A stretch of 64,000 bases of DNA. Origin: Dimorphilus gyrociliatus. Taxonomy: Eukaryota > Animalia > Annelida. Shown here piece by piece: positions 37,001 to 51,355 of this stretch. A program made the translations under genes and the position numbers. Position 1 is the first letter of the stretch. Each line of letters begins with the position of its first letter. The notes under the pieces were generated by a model that saw only the letters and a list, made by a program, of their open reading frames with translations, had not been told where the DNA came from and did no database searches. Where the stretch lies: NCBI GenBank assembly GCA_904063045.1, contig CAJFCJ010000001.1, positions 2,170,001-2,234,000 on the forward strand, given 5' to 3'.

Positions 37001-39092
37001 CAAGAGACAAAAAAGTAATGGTAGTAATAATAGTAGGAGAGGAAAACACGGACTAACATCCATGACAAGTATAAAAGATGATGAAGTATTGGATGACGAA
37101 GAAGGAGATCTAGTACCTGCTCCTTTCTTTCAAATATTAAAGTTAAATGCTTCTGAATGGTATTGGATAGTTATGGGAGTTTTTGGAGCATTAGTTGCTG
37201 GAGCAGTAACGCCTGTCTTTGCTGTTATTTTTGGAGAACTTATGAAAGTTTTCACAATGGAACCAGCCAAACAGAAGAAAGAAATTGCTTTTTACTGCGG
37301 AATGTTTGTAGTTATGGGAGTTGTTTCCGGATTAGCTAAGTTCATACAAGATTGGTTTTTGGGAATATCCGGTGAAAAATTGACTATGAGATTACGACAT
37401 AAAACTTTTAAAAGTCTAATGAGACAAGATATATCCTATTATGACTATCCCAACAATGCAACTGGAGCAATCACTACAAGGCTATCAACTGATGCTTCAA
37501 GTGTCCAAGGAGCTACAGGTACACGTATAGGTGCAATTAGCCAAAGTTTTGGTACACTAGGCATTGGGTTGATTTTAGCATTTGTATTCAGTTGGAAATT
37601 AACTCTAGCCATCCTAGCATTTGTACCCTTGCTTATTCTTGGCGGAGCAATGGAAATGGTTGTTATGACGGGTATACAAGGAAAATCAAATAAAAATCTT
37701 GAGGAAGCATCGAAAATTTCTACACAATGTCTGTCAAACATTCGAACTGTAGCTCAGTTGTGTAAAGAAAAACATTTTACTCGAGAATATAGACGGTGCT
37801 TGGATTCAAACCTAAAGTCAAAATTAAAAAGAGTTCACTTGATTGGATTGGGTTACGGCATCAGCCAATCTGTGATGTTTTTTGTATTTGCTGCCACATT
37901 TGCATTTGGAGCTTATTTGGTTAAGAACGATAACATGTCATTTGAAGTGATCTTCAAAGTATTCGGTGCCATTGCTTTTGGAGCTCAATCAGTTGGAGAA
38001 CTGGCTTCATTTGCGCCAAATTATGGTAAAGCTCGTATCGCGGCGGCCCGTCTCTTTAGACTTTTTGTACGACAACCACTCATCGATAGTTCCTCACCTG
38101 ATGGCAAAAAACCATCCACAGTATCTGGTGTAATTGAGTTCAAGGATGTCTTCTTCTCCTATCCGACTAGACCCAACGCTACTGTTTTGAAAGGCTTGAA
38201 CATTAAAGTAGAACCTGGTCAAACTTTAGCTCTCGTTGGTAGCAGTGGATGCGGAAAGAGTACATCGGTTTCCCTCCTCGAACGATTCTACAATCCATTT
38301 AAAGGCGTCATAGTAAGTAGTGAAATGTTTTCTATCAATAGAACAAAAAGAAAGTGTTACATTCTATTTCGTTCTAACGACAATTTTCTTTCTCAGACAC
38401 TTGACGGCGTTGATTTAGAAAGTTTAAACATTTCTTGGCTTCGACAACAAATTGGTCTCGTCCAACAGGAGCCAATTCTTTTTGATTGTACAATCAGAGA
38501 AAATATAGCGTATGGTGATAACTCTCGAGAAGTTCCTATAGAAGAGGTTATCGAGGCTGCTAAAAAGGCCAACATTCACGATTTCATATCAAGCCTACCT
38601 CAGGTATTTTTATTGATTGTCTTTAAAACTGTATAGAACATTGTTATAACACTTTGATACGATTTCTAGGGATACGACACTCCAGCTGGAGATAAAGGAA
38701 CACAACTATCTGGTGGTCAAAAGCAGAGAATTGCCATAGCTAGAGCATTGGTGAGAGAACCAAAGATAATGTAAGTAAACGATAAAATAGAAGTGAGATT
38801 GTAAGTAGATAAGAAAGAAATCTAAAGGAAAAATTGTATTGACAGACTCCTTGACGAAGCAACATCAGCATTGGATACAGAAAGTGAGGCGATCGTTCAA
38901 GAAGCTTTGGATAAAGCAAGAGAAGGTCGCACGTGCATAACTATAGCACATCGTCTAAGCACAATAAGAAATGCAGATTGTATAGTTGTTATCTCGAATG
39001 GAAAAGTCTCAGAAATAGGAACACATAGTGAGCTGATGAATGCTAAAGAATTCTATTATACTCTCGTAAAGAAGCAAGAAGCTGCAAAATAG
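34042..39092 (+). CDS. ABCB1: ABCB1/MDR P-glycoprotein full transporter, tandem copy 2
   Basis: Same exon layout and intact NBD motifs as copy 1, offset by 5930 nt over the 3' two-thirds. The start codon (34042 or 34075) is uncertain. Confidence 0.95.
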
Positions 39093-39515
39093 CATTGTAG
39101 GTTTTAGTGAAGTAAAAATTGTAAATATAAAATTCCACTGAAAAGATGTCAACAGCCTTATTTTAACTGAGATAATTTAATATGTATATCTATTATCACT
39201 TTTCAACACAACGTAAACACCACTGAATGTTCTTTTAAAGTATTGTTTATGGAGAATACAGTATATGCTTTTGAAAGAATCAACAAATCGTGTTAAATTT
39301 GTAACTTGGTTTATATATGATTTATTTAGAAAAATTTAATATAGAAATTATCAAAAAATGGAAGATAAATATGCCATAAAGGCGATTAAGATGGGTATTT
39401 TTAACTTCATTTTTAATTTTTTTACATATTTTACAAGTCTTTTTAAATAAAAATAGCTAAATTTTTAATAACACCGGTACTGTCTTTTGTTCAGTTTAGT
39501 TTGTTTTAAGTACAT

Positions 39516-42500
39516 TTAGTGTGTACAAACAGCTGATTGTTGATTATACAATCGCAGTTTATCCAGTACAGCCGTTATTTCTGCATCTAATGTCGCCAAT
39601 GAAGATCTCATTGCGTTTAGCTGATTCTTCTGGTTATTGAAGTCACTTAATAATTCTGATAGTTGAAAAAAAGAATATTATTAAATGATTATTGAAAATT
39701 GAAAATTATTATTAAATTATATAATTACTTTGTACTGTACTGATATTATCAACTTGCTGTATTTGATCTTTTATAAGTTGGAAATTTGTTTCAATTTTGT
39801 CTAAACTCTCAGTATTCTTTTTAGTAATGTCTTCTGATATTTTCATTTCGGCAGTAGTATTTTGTAGATTAGTCTTAATTTGTTTTTGTAACTATTTGTT
39901 AAGAAAGAAGAGAAAATTAAATTGATTAATTGATATTGATATTTTAAGTGTGATGTTAATGATTTACTTTTTATATTACTTACAGTCTCGATTGATGATA
40001 ATTTCTTTTCATTTTCTGAAATTTTTGCACTTTCAACTGATATTTTGTTCTTTTGAGATAAAAATTTATCTGATGTTTCCTTAATAGTTTTCATGGCGAC
40101 ACCTATGGTACTTTGTGTATTTTTAGCTAAAGTTGAATGCGCCGATGCTTTGTCATTTGCTTTGTTAATTGATTGAAGAATTGTTGTGTTTACATTGTAG
40201 ATATCAGTTTTTAATTGTTCAACTTCTCCATTAATAATCTTTGTTTGTTGGAGGTTACCTTGAATCCTTCTCATTAGTTCTAATGCTTTATGAGATTCTT
40301 CACTGAAATTATAAATATATGTATTTATTACAATTTATATACAATAGTTTACTTACGTCGCTTCCTTTGTTATTTTATTAGCAACGTCAGCTCTTGTCAG
40401 TCCATTTTTTGCCCCATTAATAGTTGCTTCAACTTCAGATTGGGAGACAGCTGCTTTACTTATATCAGTGGCTATGTTTGTCATTTCAGCTATAGACCTT
40501 AAATTAATACTCTGTATTTGAGAAGATAGTTTTTGACCTTCGGTTATATTCTGATCAACGGCCTCCGAAAAGAGTAAACCTGTTGCTATATCCTCTACAG
40601 CTTTGGTCAAGTCAGATTTAGCTTTATCGGCGACGTTTGTTTTAAAGTCAGACGTTGCACTTTTGGCTATGTTAGCTGACCTTTGGCTTTCAGTTGAATT
40701 AAATTTAATTATTTGACTTTCGGATAATTTGCTTTTCATATTATTTAATTTATTATTTGCTATCGTTTCGGCTTGTAGGACAGTTTTGTTTGTAGTTTCT
40801 ATTGCAGCTTTTGCTTCATTTACCAAATCTTGTATATCTTTGGTTTTACTAACAAACGAAACTGTGATAATATTTGTAAAATTCTTAATTTTATCATCAT
40901 TATTTTCGTATTCTGCTATGAAAGACGGTCCAATTAGCTTAATGACATCTTCTTCATTCGACTTGGCCTGATTTAAAACACCCATAGCATCTTTGACCAT
41001 TTTTTGTAAACCTTGGGCTGATCCATTTGATAATCTAATAACTTCTGTCATATTTAATATATCGTACCAGGATTTTACAGTTTGTTTTTGAATAGAGTTG
41101 ACATTATTTTCAGCTTTTTCCGCTTCGGCATATACGGCATCAGTTGAATTTTTCTTCCCGTTAATTGTAAAAGTTCCGTCAAAGACTTTGGATTGTGCTA
41201 ATTGTTTTTCAACATTTTCAGTATGATTCTTAATTTGTTCCAGTTGACTGTTCAATGTACTGATATCCTTTAATATGCTATTATATCCCGTATCTAACAT
41301 GTTCAATTCAGAGATAACTTGTTGAGCTAGTTTAATACTTGATTGAGTATCTGATATGTTATTTCGAATTTCTAAGAGTGTTGGATGAACCTTATCGTAA
41401 GTTAGATTATCTATTAATAGAAAAGATAATTGATAAATCATATTTTACTGGTAATTATTATCATAATTAGTATACCATATCGAGACCATATGTTCAATAA
41501 TAAATTATAGGTATTATCTATATCTTTGCCCAGTTTATCAATTTTTCTCGCCCAGTTATCAAAGCAATTGTCTTTACCAGCACCGCACAATTCACATTCG
41601 GGATAAGTACCTTTATAAACTCCCTCAACGTATTTGTAAGAAACTGTTGATAATTTAATTTTGATCAGTTACTTCAATTAGAAAGTTTAATGTTAGTTAG
41701 TTCAATTACATATGGTCCCTTTGGCACATTTTTCGCAAGTTCTTCCTATTATACCAGGTAGTTTGCAAGTACATTGACCAGTTTTTAGGTCACATTTTCC
41801 AAAGGTTTCACCTGTTATATTTTTTGTGCCTTTCTCTTCGCATTTGCATGCTAAAAATAATCAATAATAAAATATGATATTCATTATCAACTAATAAATT
41901 CACTGTCTAAACTAACCATCACAGCCAGTAAGTACGTTTATATTCCAATAAGTATCTTGACAAACGTTGCATGCTCTACCTCCAACTTTGTCTCGACAAG
42001 TACACTGACCAGTTTTTACATTACAACCAATTCCCAGTGCACCTACTTTATCGCAATCGCAATTTGAACAACCGACACCGCTTGAATAGTTATATGTATT
42101 AGGAACGCATTGGTCGCAAAGGTAATTTTCAACATTAGTTTTGCATTCACATTTTCCATCTCTTTGATTGCAGCCGCCAGTAGCGCCTTCTCCATTGCAG
42201 TGATCACACTCTATTTATGAATGCTCCATATTAAATAAATATATATTAATAGTACAATATTTGTCTTACTTTTGCAATCATACGTCATAGCATCACCGTA
42301 ATAAAAAGGCGCACATTCATTACATTCCTTTCCAGCTGTATTGTTCCTGCAATCATTACAGATACCCGTTATACTATTACACGAGTCAGCCCTATTATTG
42401 CACTTGCAGGGTACACATTTTCCGTTGTTGTTCTGCAAATATTTATGAATAGTTTTATATTATTAATTGGTGAAAAGTTATTTTATTGAAAACTTACCGA

Positions 42501-45500
42501 AACATCTGTCGGAATACCGTAGAAACGATTATCTAAACATTTTTCGCAATGATCACCATCGTGTCCCTCAGTACAGTTGATACATTTGAAACCATTCAAG
42601 GCAGTACCATCCATTGTACAAACTTTAGCAAATGAATTCAAATCCGGCTTAACAACATTCCCGGGACATAGACAAGGCTTACAGGCGTCTGGGTTATTTT
42701 TCCCCTGTTAGAGTTTATTTTTGAAAGTATTAAAAGAATAATTTACAAATGAATGAATAGGCGGTACCTGAGTACTATCAGGATCTCCATAATAACCATC
42801 TTTGCATTTTTCACAATGGTCACCCATTGTGTTATGTTGGCAATTACAAATACCCGTTTCCGGATTGCATTTATCATTACCTATCTCATGTCCATTACAC
42901 TCGCAAGGTACACATTCAGTAAATGGTCCACCATTATTTGTTTTTCTTGTAAAACCGGGTGAGCATTTCTCACAAAATTGACCTGTATAGCCTGATTTGC
43001 AACTGCAACTTTCTATATTATTTATTGAAGTATTAGTAGCCTCAACGTTTTCTGTCACAGTTTGGTTAAAGACCCCAAATTTCAGCTCAGCAGCGTACAG
43101 AGTTGTTACAGCGTTCGTTGCCTATTGAATATCTTGTTTACTTTGCAATTAAACAACTGTTTAAAGATAATTACATTTGTGAACTTAGCTCTTATGCATA
43201 TGGATTGAATTGTGGATAAAGTTTGCATCATTTCAACGTAAGTTGCTTGTTTCCCATTCTCAGTATCAACTTTCCAATAGTCTTCGTGAAGAGTGAACTA
43301 TTAAGTTATTAATATAAAAAGACAATATAATGTTTAAAAGGTCAATATCAATGTGTCTTAAATAGATACATACTGTATACTCTGTTTGATCTGTTCCAGG
43401 AATGTTAGGTAGATTAGCCACCAATTTAAATTTACTGTATTTCCCTTTGATAATGACGTCACCGTCATTTACAGTTATATTCTCGTAGGTTGAATTTACT
43501 GGTTGAGTAGGGATATTATAGCTCAAAGTAAATTTGAAAGTTCTTCCGTAAGCTGATCTCTTGTCACCTGTATATTTTTTTGTGCTATTAAAGTACAATT
43601 TTTCAAATGGTAAGTTTGGTCCTTGATTTACAATTCTCATGACAAACCTATTGGAAAAGAGTATCTAATATTATAAGGATTAGAATAGATGAATAAATAC
43701 TGACTGAGCACCGTTATTTGAAATAATCGATTCTTCTTGAACATCTATTCTTTCAGCCTTATCATTTACACCTGTCCATTTTTCTTCAACAGCTGTTGGA
43801 CCTAAAAGTAAATTCCAATTATTTCTAGCTATAGCTTCGAACCAATTTGTTGCTGTTGAACAATTCTGATTGTTTTCCTCCGCAAATCCAGAACAAAAAC
43901 AAGGTGAACAACCCTTTTTCCCATAGTTTCCAAGTCCAAAAAAGCCTTTTGGACAAAGGTCGCATTTCTCGCCCGTTGCTTTTTCTTTACAGGCACAAAC
44001 TCCCGTGTTTTTATTACAACTACCTAAGCTCACCGCCCCAAATTGATTACATTCGCAATCAGTACAAAAAGATTCGGTCAAGTTAAAGAATCCATTTAAA
44101 CACTCCGTGCAATCTTTACCACCAATGCCTGGTTTGCAGTGGCATTGACCATTATCCATACACGAATTATTTAAAGCATACTTGAGATTACAAGTACACT
44201 TTTCACAACCTTTCCCCGTAAAAAGTCCCCAATGTTCTGCAATACAAGAATCGCATTTGGTTCCCGTTACATTAGCTCTACATTCGCAGATGCCGTTGTT
44301 ATTGCACGCCGGCTTTACTGATCCTTTTTCGTGACAATTACAGGCTGTACAACCCTGGCCACTAGAAAATCCATAATGATTAACTTTACATTGTCTACAA
44401 TTTCTCATTGTAACGCCCGGTTTACATGGGCACTGACCACCTTGACCATCACAAATGGAACTGGAGCTACCTTGAGGGTCACATGAGCAGGTAACTGAAA
44501 AAAATAATAATTTATTTAAAATATATAAAAGTGCTATTACGGTAGGTACAGACGTGGTTCATTGAGAAGATCTCCCATAAGAGTAAATCCAACGCTTGTG
44601 CAATTTTCAGTAGTTCTTTTCTTTAAATCCACTCCAAGAGAAGCGTCGAAGCATGTATTGTATTGGTTTTTTGTTTCATTATTCGCAGCTTTGTAAGGTT
44701 TTGTTTCTTCAATTAACGGAATAAAAACAATAGAATCTACTAAAAGTTTAGAGTTAGGTGGATTAGCAGCAGGTAATTTAAGACTGGTTTCATATGTCAG
44801 AGCTGAAGTTAAGCAGACAAGCCCAATTTTCAGAAAACGCAAATCAGACTTTAAATCTCCTGAAAGGGGAATAACATCCGCTGCTTTAATCTTTGTTGAA
44901 TCATCAGGGCAATTATATTCTCCTGACCCTCCTTTGCCTCTCATTTCAATTTTAACTCCTTTCCATTCAACCGTAGATTTATATCGTATTATAACATTAT
45001 ACTTGAATAGTTTAGGAAGTTTAACATCGAATTTGATGCTATGGCTTCCTTCCATACTTAAGTAGCCTCTTCCTGTAATGGTACTATCTTGATCTCCATG
45101 ACCTGTAACCTCAACAATATTGGCTTCTTGACCGTAATTTTCAGAATCAAAAATATAATAGTCAAGTTGGGGTGAAAAATATCCTTGCTCCGCTTCATTA
45201 CACGTTTTACCCCTTATTCTACCATTTCTGCAACTGCAAAGACCATTATCTTTAGGGCAAACTGAGCTAACACTCCATCCCAAATTACAATCACAAGGCG
45301 TACAACCTTCTGGTTTACTTCCGGCTAATGAATAATAACCATCCTTGCATTCTTGGCAATTATTGCCTTGCACAAATTCTTTGCAGATACATTGCCCTAC
45401 TTCTTTATCGCAAAGATTAGTATTATTTATTGTCCCATCTCTATTGCAAGTGCAGGATGTGCACCCTAAATTACTAGAACCAGACAATTTCCAAAAGCCA

Positions 45501-48156
45501 TCTTTACATGTATCACATCTTCTACCGATAACATTTGTTTTGCATTGGCATTGACCTTGTAAAAACATTAATCTTTCAGTTGTTTAACATATGAAATATA
45601 ATATACAATGAAACTTACCTGTTTTAACTTCACACGAATATCCACTACTTGCGACAGATCCTTCTTGACTACAATTACAAGCTAAGAAGATGTGATTTTT
45701 CAGATTAATTGTTTCCTAGAAGAAAGTAAATAATACTTACGAATGCACCATCTACTGCAATTATAGGCTGATATTTTTTAATAAAAATGGAAAGAATTAA
45801 TATAAGTATTTTAAACTCCTATTTGAATATATTGTAAAATCTTACTAATCATTTTCGATCCTTCGAAACCTTCACAAGTTGAATCGCCCAAATTGATGCT
45901 TCCGTTTCTGATCAGTTTAATGTCGGGATTGACGTAATAATTTTTAACGCATAATTCACATTTATCTCCTGTCGTTTCAAATTTGCAATTTTTACAAACA
46001 CCATATTTTTTATCCGGATCGTACGAACACGAATCTGCGTGTTCATTACAACCGCAGTCAATACATTCATTAGCCTGACTTTTTGCGCCAATTTTCCATG
46101 GTCTATTATTAAAAAGCGGTTTGCAAACCTCACAATTACTGCCCATAGTGTTATGAGCACATTTACATTGATCTTTCAAAGGACCTTCACATACATCGGA
46201 GTGACCAAAGCAACTACAATGACCAATCATTTCTAAATCGGCAATTGCGTAATAAGACGCTTTTGGTTCATCAATTTTTGATGGCTTGATTAGTCTTATT
46301 CTAATTGATGTTCCCGTGAAATGCTCTTGTAACATGACATTAGTTGCAAATTCATCTCCATATTCATAACCGGGGTTGTACTCTACTTGCTCAAGCCCTC
46401 TTCCCCAATTAGTGATAGTTCTCTTATCACCTCCAAAATATTCCTCCCTACATACAGGAATTTGAGCTTCGAACTGAGGTCCATTAACTACCTCTTCCTT
46501 CTTAAAACCATCTTTTTCAGGACAGAGATTGCTACACGAATCCGCATAACATCTTAAAGGCTCCCATCCCTTTTCTTTTGTTCGTAATATTTCAAGGATG
46601 GTACCCTTAGGTCTCATATCATATTTTTCCCCTTTTTGGGCTTGACTAACGCCAGGACTAACAAATATTCCTCTTATTTTTCGAATCAGAAATCTATTGG
46701 TTAAGTTGAGAATAATAAGTTGCTCTTCAGCAATTCCGCCTCCAATCTGATCATGATATTTGAATAATATTATAAAATACTGTGCCTTTATTATATAAGC
46801 TAAATGACGAAATGAAAGAGGCAGCTAACCTAAATACAGTATATATATATACAGTATATATATATATATATATATATATTGTATATACATATAGTGGCAG
46901 ATGTGCTGACTGCCACAAATGCTCTGTTTATATATGAAAAGAGTTAACAGTACAAAATATCTATATAGAGTTTATATTGCAAAAGTATCCTGAATATGAT
47001 GATGAATATTAGTCAAAAATATTTATAATATTGATTATCAATATACACAATATAACTTTATTCATTAAATGTATATTCATTTGTTTTATATAGATTTTTT
47101 ATTCGTAATATTTGGTCCGTATAGGATAGGCTAAGCAATTCATCTATATGTAAATACTCTTCCTTTCTTAATGTGAACAAAAAGAAATCATTGAAAAATT
47201 GATTATTTTTTAAATATAGATTTGAATATATATATATATATGTATATTGATGTAGAAAATTTAAATAAATAATTAATAATGAGGGGCGAATGATTGGCCT
47301 TGTGAATATAAATACATTATTATTATTCATAGTTAATTAATTAGTTTATTTATAAATAAAAGTAGCAAAAATCTATGTACAATGAATACTATACACACAT
47401 ATATTGTATATATCTCTTGCGTATTGAAATTTATATAATGTCTATTCATGTTAAATTATCCAACAGTTTTTGTTTGAAATTCAATTAAATGAGAGTCTAA
47501 AATTATAAGTATTCTCTACTTCTTATGCTTCTTTCTTATCCTTAATTCAATTTATTTTTAAACATCTGGCGGTCGTTTTTATAGTTGTAACTATATTTAT
47601 CTATAAATTTCTTTATGACTAAGATATAATGACGTAATTGTATTCCTATTTTAATACTATCGCCTAAATATTTTCATGATAGTTTTACGAGATATTATAA
47701 ACTTTATATATGGAAATAAATAAGAGAGAAAGGAAGAACAATCATTTATCTTTTTATATCCTCCTTTGTTAAGCATTCATCATGCAATCTATTTAAATAG
47801 AAAAATGAAGTACGTACCTTAAGACTATTTCTACTTTGCCAATATGTATTTAACATGGGACTATCGAAGGTTATGTCTAAAATTTTATCATTCTTCCTAT
47901 CGTACATATCCTTTTTTTCATGAAGATTATCCGTACCGTTACAGAAAAGGTCGTTCGCGTAATTTGCTGTAGCTGGATTATTCCAGTAAGGTTTTAGCGG
48001 CTCTTCGCTACAAGTAGATGATACTGTTACATCACCACTTATCATTAAGTTCCTCAATGGAGGATGACAATCCTTTGTTGGCGAGCACACTTGATTAGTT
48101 TTATGAAATAAGCCTATTAGAAGAAAAACTACAGAGGGAAATAATTGGTAAAACAT
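39516..48156 (-). CDS. Laminin chain with hybrid beta/gamma short arm: LN-LE-LF(beta type)-LE-L4(gamma type)-LE-coiled coil, no LG domains
   Basis: Signal peptide plus LN domain (exons 48156-47818 and 46746-about 45810). LE repeats. LF domain about 45170-44540 (GYFSPQLDYYIFDSE...ITGRGYL...YNVIIRYK). L4 domain about 43900-43000 (LYFNSTKKYTGDKRSAYGRTFKF, GDVIIKG) inserted in a split LE repeat. Heptad-rich coiled coil about 41400-39520 ending QQSAVCTH*. Confidence 0.9.
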
Positions 48157-48821
48157 TATTCACACTCTCCTGTAGCGGTTGAATTATTGACTGACTAACA
48201 TCTGCGTTATTTTATAATTGTGAACCCGTTTAAAAATATTGATTGTTTTCTATTGATGGTGTTAAGTTATTTAAAAAGGATCTTTCGTGAATGATCATAC
48301 GTTAACTAATGCTACTTTTTTATACAAAACGACTTCTAATAAAAGTTATACACTATATAACATGAATCATTCAAAAAAGAGCTAAAAGGAAAGTAACAAA
48401 ATCATAAAAACAGTTTTTATCCTGATTATACTCTTTTTTTTTACCTTTTTTTTAAATATATATAATTCATTGATCTAGTTATATATATTTTAAATTCAAT
48501 ATAATAGATTACATTGAGTAAAAGATAGTAAAAGATCTAAGAGTCTCTGCATCTCAGATTTATGTATGTTGGAAGAGAAAAGATCCCTTTGCTATAATAA
48601 AATTCGCATATGATCCGGAATTTGTTACACCCGAATTTTCTGGCCTTGCTTGCAACTGCAATAAATTGCGAAAGTCCGTATTGTTATTATGAACGCCATC
48701 TACATTTGATTAATCTCCACTTGAGTTTAAAGTAGGATATCAGATGTATTCAAGTGTTATTAATATTTTAAGTGTTTCTTTACTAAAGAAGAGTAATCAT
48801 AGCATATTTTATACGTATATA

Positions 48822-48861
<40 letters not shown>

Positions 48862-49404
48862 GAAAGAAAATAATAATAAGTACACTCTTGAAAGTGTACT
48901 TAAATAGAAAAAGTGGAATGATTTTCTCGTAAGGTGTCTCCACTGTAAAACATCAAATTTAACAACTAGTATCAAGCCTCCTCTTCATTGATCGTTTACC
49001 AATGGATAGCTTCAGGAGAGCAAAGAGCAAAATTTTCTGTTCTTAATCCATTAAAGTATACATAAACGTATTTTGTGTATATTAATTAGTAAATAATGAA
49101 TATTTATAGACGGTATATTGTTTTTTCCATTGTAATTATGAAGATGGAATACTAAGAGGAATAGCTCTTTCTGCAACTTTCATCTTGTCAATCTAAAATT
49201 TCCATTGTCATAAGTAAGTTATACGTATAAGGTACATATACTGTATAATATGAATATTTGCAGTAGACATATAAAATATAACATATTTTATAGTCTACTT
49301 TTAACAGTATAATAGTCCGTTTTGCAGGAGCTAAATCCAGTTTGTACAGTAATACATCAAAACATAGAAATAAACAACAAATGGTATATACATACATATA
49401 TACT

Positions 49405-51099
49405 TTAATAGGGTGATATTACATTATTATACATACCATAGTTATAGTTTTCTGTTGGATAATGTTGAAAGGTTGACCGTTGTATTGTTTGTTGTGTTGG
49501 GCGTGACATACCACAACTATTTATGTGAAACAGTTTACTAGTACAACAATACGGTTCATTCAATACATACATATCAAAGCAGTTGGCGTTGTTGTGACAG
49601 TTTGACTGATTCATACATGGAAAATGATTTACTTTGTTTAAAAAACAGTTTTGATGACAATTCATAGGAAAACTTGAATGGTGTACATACATTTTACTTT
49701 TATCGGGCTGGGGACAATTTCGACTCATAGATAGTCTTAGTGGTCTGCTAGTTGGTGAAATTCTATCCCTTAACTTATAAATTCTATTTAACATATAACT
49801 GTAATTAAGATCTTGAGTGAGTTGATTATCACATTGAATAGATTTATCATTTGGAGCAGCAGATGTAGTGTACTTCAGAGATTGTGGAAAATCATCTTTC
49901 AACGATTCCTTTTCCAGTTGCTCCTCTTTGTCGATGGTTTTCAGTGTTGATAAAATTTTATTAGGACCTTTATCAATATGGAAATTATTGGAATTTGCAT
50001 GTGTGTCAAAAACATTTTGCTGATCTTTATTATCGTTACTCTCATTTAATATATGATCTCTTTCGTTAATTGTATTGTCTTCTTTTATTTCACATTCTTT
50101 TGAAGTATTTAACGTTGATGGGAATTTCTCATTTGCAGTAAGACTTTCTTTAAAATGTTGGACTTTTCCATCTGTGTTATAAAACCTTTGAAGAGTAGAA
50201 TCTATGCTATTCTCTCGAAAAGAATGCCTATTTGAACCAACTTCTGGACTATCCGGAGTTGGAACTTGAACTGAATGTAAATTTTGATTCGTTTTTAAAT
50301 AGCTTTTCATATCATTCCATTTATAAATAGAATTTTCGTTTCTATTGCGACCGATCGGTCGCTCAATAGACGATTCTACTCCATACCCAGCTTCTTTACG
50401 TAACTGTTTTACCCTTCTCGAACGAAGAGAATTTGGAGACTGTCTATATTTACTAATTTTAGAATCGGAAGCCAAATGAAAGCTATTTGCTGATTTGTTC
50501 AAACTTCTTCCGTCTTTCATTTTTTTCTGCCATACTCCTGATTTTCTGCTTTTACGATTATTCTCCGACAAATTCATTAAAGCATTAACATCCGCCTTTA
50601 GCCGATTAGCATTCGCTGTTACATTCGTTGTAGGTGAAGAAACTAATATATATATATTATTTTAATGTTATTTTGAAAGAATATTTGATATATTACAACC
50701 TCGATGAATTCGTAATACATCACTCCTAGTTTCTTCATTTATACAGTATTCTGTTGATGGAATCTTTCTATTATTCACCGTCTTATCATCTTTATTCCTT
50801 CTGAAAGCGTTAATTACCTGTCTGTATTTATTCATCTTCTTTGTCTGCTTGCTTTTTCTCTTAATATCTTCAAGATTATTATTAAAATTTGTTTTTTCGT
50901 ACATTAAATTAAACCCATCATTTTTGTCTGTTAACTTGCCAAAGTCTTTAATTTTTTCAACATTTTTATCCTGTTTACATAATTTCGATACTAAACAAGG
51001 AAATAGGATAAATATGATAAAATGGATAAAAAGAACTATTATAATTAACGATATAAACTCATAATCGCTATCCGTTAAACTTTCAATATTTTCATTCAT
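49405..51099 (-). CDS. Orphan protein with N-terminal TM and long low-complexity/disordered tail (about 545 aa, 2 exons)
   Basis: ORFs 50668-51099 and 49405-50577 join in phase 1 through a 54-57 nt intron (donor gtaata at about 50696, acceptor attag at 50643). The frame is open upstream of the second ORF's ATG. Confidence 0.65.
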
Positions 51100-51355
51100 A
51101 ATTCTTTAATTCTTCTTTACAATTATTTTAAAATTCTTTAGTGATGTTTTTTCTTTATAAATATAAAACTAATGATACTAAAGTCGCATTATATCAGTTA
51201 TTAGTATACTAAACTCATTTGCACCAATATAAGACATTTTATGGATGTGATTCAAGATCACCCTCATTATTGTTAGACGCAATTGCTACTTGCTTTTCAA
51301 CCATAACTTCGATTGCAGTATAGTAAATATAATATAGTGTAGCTATGATAAGAGG

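Noticed and set aside
309-48975. Numerous 60-120 aa ORFs antisense to real exons or rich in F/L/I/Y (for example 475-744, 2485-2760, 6559-6834, 18628-18981, 30874-31119, 47058-47330)
   Set aside because: They are explained as shadow frames of coding exons or as low-complexity AT-rich and microsatellite sequence.
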